This document shows positions 1 to 9,000 of a DNA stretch of 64,000 nt, piece by piece. A model generated the notes under the pieces. The model had not been told where the DNA came from and did not search any database. It worked only from the letters and a program-made list of their open reading frames with translations. The DNA comes from an uncultured Verrucomicrobiae bacterium (lineage in GTDB: Bacteria; Verrucomicrobiota; Verrucomicrobiia; Chthoniobacterales; Chthoniobacteraceae). The stretch covers positions 1 to 64,000 of the forward strand of contig CAVYKI010000003.1 in NCBI GenBank assembly GCA_963769025.1, read 5' to 3'. How positions within the stretch are numbered: the first letter of the stretch is position 1; each line of letters opens with the position of its first letter. The position numbers and the translations under genes were made by a program.

Positions 1-2
1 CC

Positions 3-2102
3 GGGCAGGTGACCATCGGCGATGACGCCGCGCTGGGCACGGGCACGCTCACGATGAATGGCGGCACGCTGTTTGTCTCCGGCATCCGGACGCTGAACAA
101 CGCCCTGAACGTCACCGCGGACAGCACGTTCAGCGGCATCAGCAGCGACGACTTTCATTTCAACAGCAACAGCATCTCGGGCTCCTCCGGGGTCACGCTG
201 ACGCTGACCGGCGGAAGCGCCACGACGGTGCTGAACTTCTACGGCGCCGGATTCACGTTCAACAGCAACATCGTCCTCGACACGTTCACCCGCGTGCGGA
301 TGAAAAACAGCTCCGGCACGGACACCTTCACGGGCGTCATTTCCGGCAGTGGTGATGACCTTTCCATCAACACGGGCGGTTTCGAAGTCTCGCAAGCCGG
401 CGGGACCACGGTGCTGACGGGGACGAACACTTTCACGAGCCGGACGCTGATCGCGGCCGGCACGCTGATCATCCAGAATAGCGCCGCCCTCGGCAGCACG
501 GCCGCCGGCACGCAGGTGGACGCCGGAGCCGACCTTCGCATGCAGGGCAACATCAGCGTGGGAGCCGAGGCATTGAGCCTGGCGGGCACGGGCATCGCCA
601 GCTCCGGCGCATTGCGCAACGTCAGCGGGAGCAATTCCTGGGCGGGAGATGTGACGCTCGCGGCCGCTTCCAGTATCGCCTCGGACGCCGGGACGCTCAC
701 CATTTCCGGCGGCTTCAGCGGCCCCACCTTTGGCCTCACCGTGGGCGGCGCGGGCAATACGATCCTCTCCGGAGCCATCGGCACGACCACGGGCACATTC
801 ACCAAGACGGGCACCGGCCGGGTGACCCTTTCCGGCGCGAATACCTACACCGGCGCGACCACCGTGAGCGCGGGCAGACTCGTGGTCACCGGCAGCCTGA
901 CTTCCGCCGTTACCGTGGCATCTGGCGCGAGCCTCTCCGGCCAGGGCACGACCAGCTCCACACTCGCGCTGAATGGAGGTTCCACGATCGTCGGCGTCGC
1001 ACAGGTGGCGGGTTCCGGAAATGCCTTCCGCGCCGCCGGTGCGGTGACCGCTGGCGCATCCGTGCTTATCTCGGGTTCCGATGGCAGCGCCACAGTGGGT
1101 GCCGGCCATAAGATCGACGTGGTGGGGTACGGCACGACGCCGGGCACGGCGAATTTCAGCACGGCGAACTACCGCTCGGCGACGGTCTCGGACGACACGG
1201 TGAACAAGAAAATCACCCTCACCTACACCAACTCGGGCCGGACATGGAATTCCGCCTCGAGCACCTGGGACGTCGGCACCACGTCGGCATGGCAGGAAGG
1301 CGACTTCAAGTTCTTCCAAGGCGACGCGGTGACCTTCAACGACACCGGCACCGGCGGCGGCGGCGCACGCACCGTCACGCTGAATTCCGCGGTCACTCCC
1401 GGCGGCGTCACCTTCGGCAACTCCACCAGCACCTATACCGTCACCGGCTCCGGCTCCATCGGCGGCGCGGCCGCGCTGACCAAGTCCGGCACCGGAACCG
1501 TGAACCTCGCCACGGCCAACACTTTCGCCGGGAACACGACGGTCAACGCCGGCACGCTCTCGGCGAACGCCGACGGCGCGCTCGGCAGCACGGCCAAGAT
1601 CACCATCAACACCGGCGGCACCGTGCTGCTCGGCGTGAGCACCGCGGCGAACGACCGCATCGGCAACGCCGCGGAAATCGCGCTCAACGGCGGCACATTC
1701 CACACCGGCGGCTTCACCGAGACCGTCGGCAAGGTGACGCTCACCGCCAACTCCACGCTCGATTTTGGCGCCGGCACCAGCCGCCTCACCTTCGACGGCG
1801 CCAGCAGCCTCGGCAGTTCCACGCTCACGGTCCTCAATTGGACAGGCACCGCCTTCACCGCCGGCGGGACCGACCAGCTCATCTTTACCAATTCATCCTT
1901 CACCGCCGGGTCCGGCACCAGCCAGGTCCAGTTCAACATCGGCGGCACCTTTTACGGCGGCACCTTCATCAGCCTCGGAGGCACCAGCCTGGAGCTCGTC
2001 CCCGTCCCCGAGCCCGCCACCCTCTTCGGCGCCGGCGCCCTCGTGCTCGCCCTCGGCTGGCGCGAGCGCAGGCGCTTCGCACGGCTGGTGTCGAAGGCTT
2101 GA
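3..2102 (+). CDS. PEP-CTERM-sorted surface protein with autotransporter-associated beta-strand repeats (5' partial)
   Basis: Repeated LTKxGxGTLxLSGxNTYTGxTTVxxGxL motifs. C-terminus VPEPATLFGAGALVLALGWRERRR (PEP, TM helix, basic tail). Frame is open to the window edge. Confidence 0.9.
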   Translation, partial: GQVTIGDDAALGTGTLTMNGGTLFVSGIRTLNNALNVTADSTFSGISSDDFHFNSNSISGSSGVTLTLTGGSATTVLNFYGAGFTFNSNIVLDTFTRVRMKNSSGTDTFTGVISGSGDDLSINTGGFEVSQAGGTTVLTGTNTFTSRTLIAAGTLIIQNSAALGSTAAGTQVDAGADLRMQGNISVGAEALSLAGTGIASSGALRNVSGSNSWAGDVTLAAASSIASDAGTLTISGGFSGPTFGLTVGGAGNTILSGAIGTTTGTFTKTGTGRVTLSGANTYTGATTVSAGRLVVTGSLTSAVTVASGASLSGQGTTSSTLALNGGSTIVGVAQVAGSGNAFRAAGAVTAGASVLISGSDGSATVGAGHKIDVVGYGTTPGTANFSTANYRSATVSDDTVNKKITLTYTNSGRTWNSASSTWDVGTTSAWQEGDFKFFQGDAVTFNDTGTGGGGARTVTLNSAVTPGGVTFGNSTSTYTVTGSGSIGGAAALTKSGTGTVNLATANTFAGNTTVNAGTLSANADGALGSTAKITINTGGTVLLGVSTAANDRIGNAAEIALNGGTFHTGGFTETVGKVTLTANSTLDFGAGTSRLTFDGASSLGSSTLTVLNWTGTAFTAGGTDQLIFTNSSFTAGSGTSQVQFNIGGTFYGGTFISLGGTSLELVPVPEPATLFGAGALVLALGWRERRRFARLVSKA

Positions 2103-2201
2103 GGTCATCAGAGGCGGGTGGCCCGCAGTACCCCCTTAAAGCCCTATAGTGTCGAGATATACGACACCGACGTTGGCATCCCCGGTGCTCATGTTCCGTC
2201 C

Positions 2202-3350
2202 ATGCCCTCACTACCCCATCCCCGCTTTCACTTTGACCACACCGTCGATGCCCAATGGATCGCCATGGAAAAGCTGGTCACCCATCTCGAACAGGAGATT
2301 GGCGATTGGCGCAGCGAACTCGAACTCCGCGCCGGGCAGCGCATGGCGGGTCAATCCGCCGCCGCCCTCGTCCCGGCGGGCGCCGAGGCTCCCTGTGCCG
2401 ACCGGGTGATTTTGCAAATGCCCCTCCCCACGGTGGCCTCTCCGCGGCCTGTCGCCGGGCCGCTGGCTGAAGTCTTCCCCGCCGAGGTCGAAATCCCGGA
2501 CGCGGAGCCGGAAGCGGAAGCAGAACCGATTTTCGACGCGACGGAGGCCGAGACTTCCGCGGGGCGGGACGGAGAATTTCGCGAGGAAGGACTGCGGCTC
2601 CTGAAGCAGGCTGGCGGCCCCCTCGCGACAGCGAGCGACCTGATGATGGCCGGAGAAAATTTCCACCATGCCTACGCGGACGCCCGCGAAGGCGCGCTCA
2701 AAGCCAGCGACATCGCCAATTGCGGCATCACGTTGTGGTTTGCCGCACTGGCCTTCTTCCGCCTCGGCGCGCAGTTGAACCTCCGCGGCTGCAAATCCGG
2801 CGCTCCGGACGAACTCTTCCTCACCATGGCCCTCAGGCCCGCCGAATTTCCCGGTGGCGACGTGGGCAGCCGGATGCGGAGCGCATTGAATCCCGAGCAT
2901 ATCAATCAGCTCGTGCGACTGGTCGAACTCGCGATGGTCTGCTTCCGGAAAAGCGTGCAACTCGACCCAAAGGGCATCGGCTCCATGTGGCAGCTCATCC
3001 TCAATCGGGGCATCGGCAATTTCTCGGAATGCATCGCGCTCGCGAACACCGCCGCCACGGAAGCCGGACCCGCCACGGAAGCCTTTTTGAAAGGCATCCC
3101 GGCCTATCAGGCCGATTTCGCGCGCCTCATCTGCGCCCCTTGCAACGCGCACGTTCCCGAGAGCGACTGGCTGAACCGCACCATCCTCCATTCCATGGCC
3201 CCCATCTGCCAGCTCCTCGAAGCCGACGCCTCGCTGGCCCCGGTGAGGAACAATCACCCCCGGCTGCTCAGCAGCGCGGAAGGGATCACCCTCGCCACCT
3301 GCGCGACGGACCAGCGCGCCACCCGCGCCCGCCACGGAGCTGCCGCGTAA
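2202..3350 (+). CDS. Hypothetical protein with an acidic/Pro-rich linker and possible TPR-like helices
   Basis: Long ORF with normal-looking codon usage. AMVCFRKSVQLDPK resembles a TPR helix B. Start uncertain (2118-2265). Confidence 0.6.
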   Translation: MPSLPHPRFHFDHTVDAQWIAMEKLVTHLEQEIGDWRSELELRAGQRMAGQSAAALVPAGAEAPCADRVILQMPLPTVASPRPVAGPLAEVFPAEVEIPDAEPEAEAEPIFDATEAETSAGRDGEFREEGLRLLKQAGGPLATASDLMMAGENFHHAYADAREGALKASDIANCGITLWFAALAFFRLGAQLNLRGCKSGAPDELFLTMALRPAEFPGGDVGSRMRSALNPEHINQLVRLVELAMVCFRKSVQLDPKGIGSMWQLILNRGIGNFSECIALANTAATEAGPATEAFLKGIPAYQADFARLICAPCNAHVPESDWLNRTILHSMAPICQLLEADASLAPVRNNHPRLLSSAEGITLATCATDQRATRARHGAAA

Positions 3351-3487
3351 GCGCTCCACGGACGGACGGCCTTTTGCCGGCCGCCGCGCACGCATCGTCC
3401 CGCGAATTCCCCTGTTCGCGCTCGGCGGCTTGCGCTACACCCGGGGGACCGGGTTTTTGCGCTCGATTTCCCGCTGCCCGCCGCCTT

Positions 3488-3493
3488 TAGGAT
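3488..3493 (+). promoter_or_regulatory. Possible -10 box (TAGGAT) for a leaderless transcript of the HTH gene
   Basis: TAGGAT ends 7 nt before ATG 3501. No Shine-Dalgarno sequence visible. Confidence 0.3.
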
Positions 3494-3500
3494 GCGGGGC

Positions 3501-3767
3501 ATGGCTTGGCACCATGGATGTCCCCCGGAGGATTACCCGCGCTGGATCAATGAACGCATCGGGGCGGAAGTGCGGGAGCGGCGGGAGGCGCTGGGCCTCA
3601 GTGCGTATGCGCTGGGCAGGGCGGCCGGGGTGAGCGACCAGACGATCCTGAACATCGAGCAGGGATTCAACCCGAACGGCTGCTGGACGGGGACGCTGGC
3701 GCGGATTTGCGTGAAATTCGGCACGACGCTGCCGGTACTGACGGGGGCGGCACAGGCGCGCCCGTGA
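3501..3767 (+). CDS. XRE/Cro-C1 family helix-turn-helix regulator
   Basis: IGAEVRERREALGLSAYALGRAAGVSDQTILNIEQG ... TLARICVKFG is a typical HTH_3 pattern. Confidence 0.85.
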   Translation: MAWHHGCPPEDYPRWINERIGAEVRERREALGLSAYALGRAAGVSDQTILNIEQGFNPNGCWTGTLARICVKFGTTLPVLTGAAQARP

Positions 3768-3851
3768 GCGGGCGGGTTAGCCAATTCCTATTGGCTACCG
3801 CACTTTCCGGGTTCTGTGCTGGTATCGCGGGCGTCCCTCACGACTCCTGCG

Positions 3852-4280
3852 ATGAAAGCCTTCCCAGCAAAGACCGCCTGTTTCCCGATGCCGGGAGGCC
3901 GCTTTTACCGCTCAAGTCGCGGTTTCGGGCCGAAAGTGGCCGTTTTCGCGGTCCCGATGCCGCCCCCGGCCGCGCCGGGGTGCTCCATGGGCGTCCCGGG
4001 GTGCCCATTCGCGGCGGCGGGGTGCCCCATCGCGGAGCCATGGACGCCGGCCTTGCCGCCGGGGTGCTCCATGGGCGCGGCGGGGTGCTCATTCCGGGGT
4101 CCGGGGGGACGCCCCGCGCCGGCGAGTGGACACCCCGGCTGTCCCAGTGGGGATCCCCGCCCGCGCATGGGGCACCCCGGCTTTCGGAATGGCCACCCCG
4201 CGCGCCGCACCCGGCACCCCGGGACGCAGGGTGCTGGCGCCGTAACCGGGAAATGGAGGCCGCGGACGCGGGAGCCATGA
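3852..4280 (+). CDS. Possible heptad-repeat ORF read through the 21-bp array (142 aa)
   Basis: Phe every 7 aa (positions 4, 11, 18, 25, 32), then PGC/AGC and HPG heptads. Stop overlaps the next ATG (ATGA 4277-4280). May be a by-product of the DNA repeat. Confidence 0.3.
   Translation: MKAFPAKTACFPMPGGRFYRSSRGFGPKVAVFAVPMPPPAAPGCSMGVPGCPFAAAGCPIAEPWTPALPPGCSMGAAGCSFRGPGGRPAPASGHPGCPSGDPRPRMGHPGFRNGHPARRTRHPGTQGAGAVTGKWRPRTREP
3858..4221. repeat. Degenerate 21-bp tandem array whose core reverses orientation at ~4109
   Basis: CGGGGTG at 3976, 3997, 4018, 4060, 4081 (variant at 4102). CACCCCG at 4131, 4173, 4194, 4215 (variants at 4110, ~4152). T-tracts at ~21-bp spacing over 3861-3946. Confidence 0.85.
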
Positions 4281-5090
4281 ACTGGGATTCCGGCACATGG
4301 GACTCCGGGACGTGGGACAGCGGCACCCCGGCCGGGCAGACCCCCTCCGCCTATTTTCAACGACAACCCAAAACCAAAACCAAAATGAAACGCACCAACT
4401 ACTACCCCAGCCGCATCGGAGACCAGGCCAACTGGCTCGATAACTTTTCCAACAAGCTGCCCATCCACGGCCCGACGCTCGGCGTGATCGCCGGGGACAT
4501 CACCGCCGGCGTGAACGACGCGAAGTGGGGCCACTATGTCCTGGGCACGTGGCTCACGAATGTGCGCGCCTTTGCCCCCTCGACCACGGATGCCGTGGAT
4601 GACGTGCTGACCGGCGAAGGCGGGAGCGCCATCGGTACTGCCCACCTTTGTCGCGCCTGCGCTGCCTGCGGGGGTGACGGCGGCGCTGCCCGGCGCGCTC
4701 ACGCGCATCTTTGCGCTCGTGGCCAGGATGAAGCTCTCGGGTGCCTATACCGACGCCATCGGCACGGACCTCGGCATCGTGGGCTCCGAGGACACCGGGT
4801 CGCAGACGGTGCCGAAATTCCTCATCGCAATCGAGCAGGGCGACGGGTGCCAGTGCGCGCGGCTGACCTTTTACAAATACGGCCACATGGGCGTGTACAT
4901 CGAAAGCCGCCGCGGAGCGTCTGCGCTGTTCGAGTTCCTCGCGATCGACACGGAGAGCCCCTACGAGGACAAGCGCCCGCTGCTGGTCGCCGGCCAGCCC
5001 GAGGTGCGCGAATACCGGATGCGCTTCTGGGACAAAGGCACGCCGAACGGCGACTGGACCGACGTGCAGAGGGTGACGGTCTCGCCGTGA
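4277..5090 (+). CDS. Hypothetical protein: (WDSGT)3 leader, helical middle, C-terminal Fn3-like beta-sandwich; apparent +1 frameshift near 4634
   Basis: MNWDSGTWDSGTWDSGT...MKRTNYYPSRIGDQANWLDNF joins VLPTFVAPALPAGVTAALPGALTRIF...EVREYRMRFWDKGTPNGDWTDVQRVTVSP if one base is removed at atcggtactg. Alternative start at 4385. Confidence 0.7.
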
Positions 5091-5096
5091 TTCCAG

Positions 5097-5196
5097 ACGG
5101 GGAGACCGGGGGACTTGGAGAAGAGGAGACTGCAATCCATTCCAAGCCCCCCATCTCCCAGTCTCCTTCTCTCCCAGTCTCCCAGTCTTTCTCCCA
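5097..5196. repeat. 8-bp-periodic imperfect inverted repeat (GGAGAC.. / TCTCCCAG)
   Basis: Purine-rich arm ggggagaccgggggacttggagaagaggagactg, then pyrimidine-rich arm tctcccagtctccttctctcccagtctcccagtctttctccca. Confidence 0.65.
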
Positions 5197-5781
5197 ATGC
5201 CCTTCGACCCCTCCCTCCCCGCCACCGGTTCGCCGGATTCCTCCGCCGAAATGCGGGGGCAGCTCAACGGACTGAAGGAACTCATCGACGCCGTGCAGGG
5301 CATCACCTCCGCGCAGGTGGATACGGTGGCCACCGCCGGACCCGGCGACCCCGCGGCCGTCTCGCTCGTGATCGTCGGGAATGTGATGCACCTGAGCTTT
5401 GTCATCCCGCGCGGGAATGACGGCGTGGCCGGCCCGCCGGGCCAGCAGGGGCCGGCCTTTGCGAATGCCGTGATCGACAGCGTGGGGACGCTGAATCCCG
5501 GGGAGAATGCGACGGTGTCGGTGTCGTTCGACGGGAGCAGCGTGCATTTCAGCTTTGGCATCCCGCGCGGTGCGACGGGCGAGCCGGGCACGCAAGGGCA
5601 GCCGGGCGAGGTGACGAACTCGGACCTGGCGAGTGCCATCAACGGAGTGCTCGCGCAGACCTCCAACACCTCGAATGGCGTGGCCTTGCTCGGCATGACG
5701 GTGAGCGACCCGCCGACGCAGGCGGAAGTGCAGGCGGTGGCCACCAAGCTCGACGAACTGATCACGGCGCTTCGCCGGTAG
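5197..5781 (+). CDS. Collagen-like (GXY) repeat protein resembling phage fibre proteins
   Basis: Two tandem units end in FxIPRG followed by GXY runs (GNDGVAGPPGQQGP, GATGEPGTQGQPGE). C-terminal helix PTQAEVQAVATKLDELITALRR. Confidence 0.75.
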   Translation: MPFDPSLPATGSPDSSAEMRGQLNGLKELIDAVQGITSAQVDTVATAGPGDPAAVSLVIVGNVMHLSFVIPRGNDGVAGPPGQQGPAFANAVIDSVGTLNPGENATVSVSFDGSSVHFSFGIPRGATGEPGTQGQPGEVTNSDLASAINGVLAQTSNTSNGVALLGMTVSDPPTQAEVQAVATKLDELITALRR

Positions 5782-5788
5782 GCGGAGC

Positions 5789-5928
5789 CCCTGGACTGCG
5801 GAGGCTCGCCTCCGCTTTCCGCTTCGAGGCTTGCCGAGAAGTGGGCGACCTCCGGGATCCCGGATGCCCCGCCGCGCTCGCCCTGGCTCGTCCACCACAA
5901 AGCGGAGGCGAGCCTCCGCAGTCCAGGG
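5789..5928. repeat. REP-like doublet: perfect 30-bp inverted repeat, each arm itself a hairpin
   Basis: ccctggactgcggaggctcgcctccgcttt (5789-5818) is the exact reverse complement of 5899-5928. Confidence 0.85.
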
Positions 5929-6036
5929 CTGCGCGTCTTCGCGAGCACGCCCGGGCCGGGCTTTACGCGGGGGTTAAAGTTCAAAGCGGAAAAAGATCCG
6001 GACCGTGTCGGCACTCGGCGTGCTACCTGCAGGGGA

Positions 6037-9000
6037 ATGTCTGCGCCCTGCCCATCTCGAAACCGGCTTGCCGGGGTGCTTCTTGCACTTCTGCTGCTGT
6101 GCGGAGGCCACAGGGCACAGGCGGCGACGATCACCTGGGACGGCGGGGGTACGAACGTCAAATGGGACACCCTTCTAAACTGGGACACTGACGCACTGCC
6201 CCTGACCACCGACACCGTGCAATTCGGCTCGGGATTTGCCTCCGGCACGGCCATCGATCTGAACGGAAACCGGACTGCGGACAGCCTGATCATCAGCACC
6301 ACGACCGGGATCAGCATTACCAACAACAACCTGACCCTCTCCACGGGGAACATCACGCGAAACGATGTCGCGGGCACGGAGGCCGACCAGACCATTTCCA
6401 GCAAAGTCGTCTTGGGAGCCAATGGGACCTGGAGCATCGCCGGGAGTGGAAGCCTCATTGTCAGCGGAGTGGTCAGCGGCTCGTTTTCGCTGACGAAGAC
6501 GGATGTCGGCACTCTGTTTCTCTCAGGCGTCAACACGTACACAGGGGGGACGGTGATCAATGCCGGCACGGTGGCCGTCAACAACATCTCCAGTCTCGGC
6601 AACACCTCCGGCGGCCTCACGATCAATGCCGGCACGCTGCAAGTCATCACCGGCTTCACCTCGACCCGGGTGATCACCCTGGGTGACGTTGCCAGCACGA
6701 TCCTCGTGGATCCGGCGCAAACCTACACGGTCTCCAGCGCCATCGGCGGCGCCGGAACCCTCAACAAGACCGGCACCGGAACGCTGACCCTCACCGGGAC
6801 CAACACCTACACCGGTGGGACGGTGATCAACGACGGTACCGTGGCGGTCAACAGCAGCGCCAGCCTTGGCAATACCTCCGGCGGCCTCACGATCAATGCC
6901 GGCACGCTGCAAGTCACCACGGGCTTCACCTCGACCCGAGTGATCACGCTGGGGGACGCCGCCAGCACCATCCTCGTCAACGCATCCCAAACCTACACCG
7001 TCTCCAGCGCCATCGGCGGCACCGGCACGCTCAATAAGACCGGCACCGGCACACTGACCCTCACCGGCACGAACACCTACACCGGCGGCACGGTGATCAA
7101 TGCCGGCACCGTGGCGGTCAACAGCAGCACCAGCCTCGGCAACACCTCCGGCGGCCTCACGATCAATGCGGGCACGCTGCAAGTCACCACGGGCTTCACC
7201 TCCACCCGTTTGATCACGCTGGGTGACGCCGCCAGCACGATTCAAGTCGATCCCTCGCAGACGTACTCGATGAGCGGCGCCATCGGTGGCACAGGCACCC
7301 TGAACAAGACCGGCACAGGCACTTTGAATCTTTCCGGCAACAACACTTTCTCCGGCGGCGTGACGTTGAGCACCGGCACCGTGGGCATCGGCCATAACGC
7401 CGCGCTGGGCACGGGAACGCTCACGCTCACCGGCGGCATCACCATCCAGGCCAGCGGCGGCGCACGGACAGTCAGCAACGCGGTGACCCTCGCGGGCAAC
7501 TTCTCGATCGGAGGCAGCAACGACCTTACCTTCGGCGGGGCCGCGACCCTGACCGGGAACCGTACGATCACCGTGGACAGCACGGGCACCACCACGTTTT
7601 CCGGGGCAATCGGCCAGAACGCCGCCGGGCGCAGTCTGACCAAGGCCGGCACCGGCACGCTCGTGCTTTCGGGTTCAAACTCCTATTCCGGCGCGACGAC
7701 GATCAACGCCGGGGTGGTGAACATCCGCAATGCCAATGGACTCGGCACGACCGCCGGGGGTGCCACCGTGGCCAGCGGCGCGGCGCTCGAACTGCAAGGC
7801 GGCATCGCCGTGGGCGCGCAGGCCCTCACGCTCAACGGCACCGGCATCGCCGGCGGCGGCGCCCTGCGCAATGTCAGCGGGGATAATTCGTGGGCGGGCA
7901 CCGTGACCTTGGGCTCTTCATTCACGATCAGCTCGGATGCCGGCACGTTGACCATCAGTGGCACTGTCAACACGGGCGGCAGCGCTGCCAACACGGTGAC
8001 CTACGGCGGCGCGGGCAACCATATTTCCAGCGGGGTAATCACCAATTCGGGCGGGGTGACGAAAATCGGGACTGGCACGCTCACGCTGACCGGGAGCACC
8101 GCCAACACCTACACGGGCGATACCGCAGTGAACGAAGGAATTCTGTTCCTGGACGTGAGCGCGATTAATGGGGCCATTGTGGACACGCTGACGATCGGCG
8201 ACGGCATCGGCGGGGAGAAGGCCGACGTGGTCCGCTATCTGCGCAACACCCAAATCAACAGCGGCGGCGGGACGGGGATCGTCTTGAAGAGTTCCGGCTG
8301 GCTGGACCTGAACGACTATTCCGACACCGTCAAGTTCACCAGTCTGGACGGGGGTTGGATCACGACCGGCACCGGCACGCTGACGCTTGCGAGCAACCTC
8401 ACTGTCCTGGGAACTGCCGGCATGACGACGTACATCACCGGTAAACTCAACCTGGGTGGCAATCGCACGTTTACCGTCAATGACGGAGCGGCCGACGTGG
8501 ACATGCTGGTTTCGGCCGTGGTCTCGGGCGCCAACTCGCTCAACAAATCAGGCGCGGGCACCCTGGTGCTTTCCGGCGCGAATACGTATAGCGGTCAGTT
8601 GACCCTCACCTCAGGGACCCTCGTGTTGGGTCACGATTCGGCCACGGGCACGGGAATCTTCAAAATCGGCGCAGGAACCATTCTGGCAACCGGCGGAGCG
8701 CGCACCATCAGCAATACGCTGGATTTGGACCAGAATTTCATTCTTGGCGGCTCGCTGGACCTCACTTTTTCCGGAAACGCCGTCCTCGGTCGCGACATCA
8801 TCATCACGACGACCAATACCGGTACCAGCACGTTCTCCGGGGCAATCAGCGGTGGGTTGAAACTCTACAAAGACGGGCCGGGCATGCTCATTCTTTCCGG
8901 GGCCAACAGTCAGGCCGAAACCTACGTCAACGCTGGCGTCCTCAATATTCGGAGCGTCGGCGCCTTGGGCAGCAACAAGAAAACCGTTGTCTACAGCGGC

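Noticed and set aside
3976..4221. Possible CRISPR or mini-CRISPR array
   Set aside because: The core is only 7-11 bp with ~14-bp gaps, the orientation flips midway, and no cas genes are present.
3707..5275. 522-aa ORF as a single protein
   Set aside because: It is a chimera of array read-through, the real 4277-4634 segment and off-frame sequence after the frameshift.
5197..5781. Prophage
   Set aside because: No integrase, terminase, capsid, portal or lysis genes are nearby.
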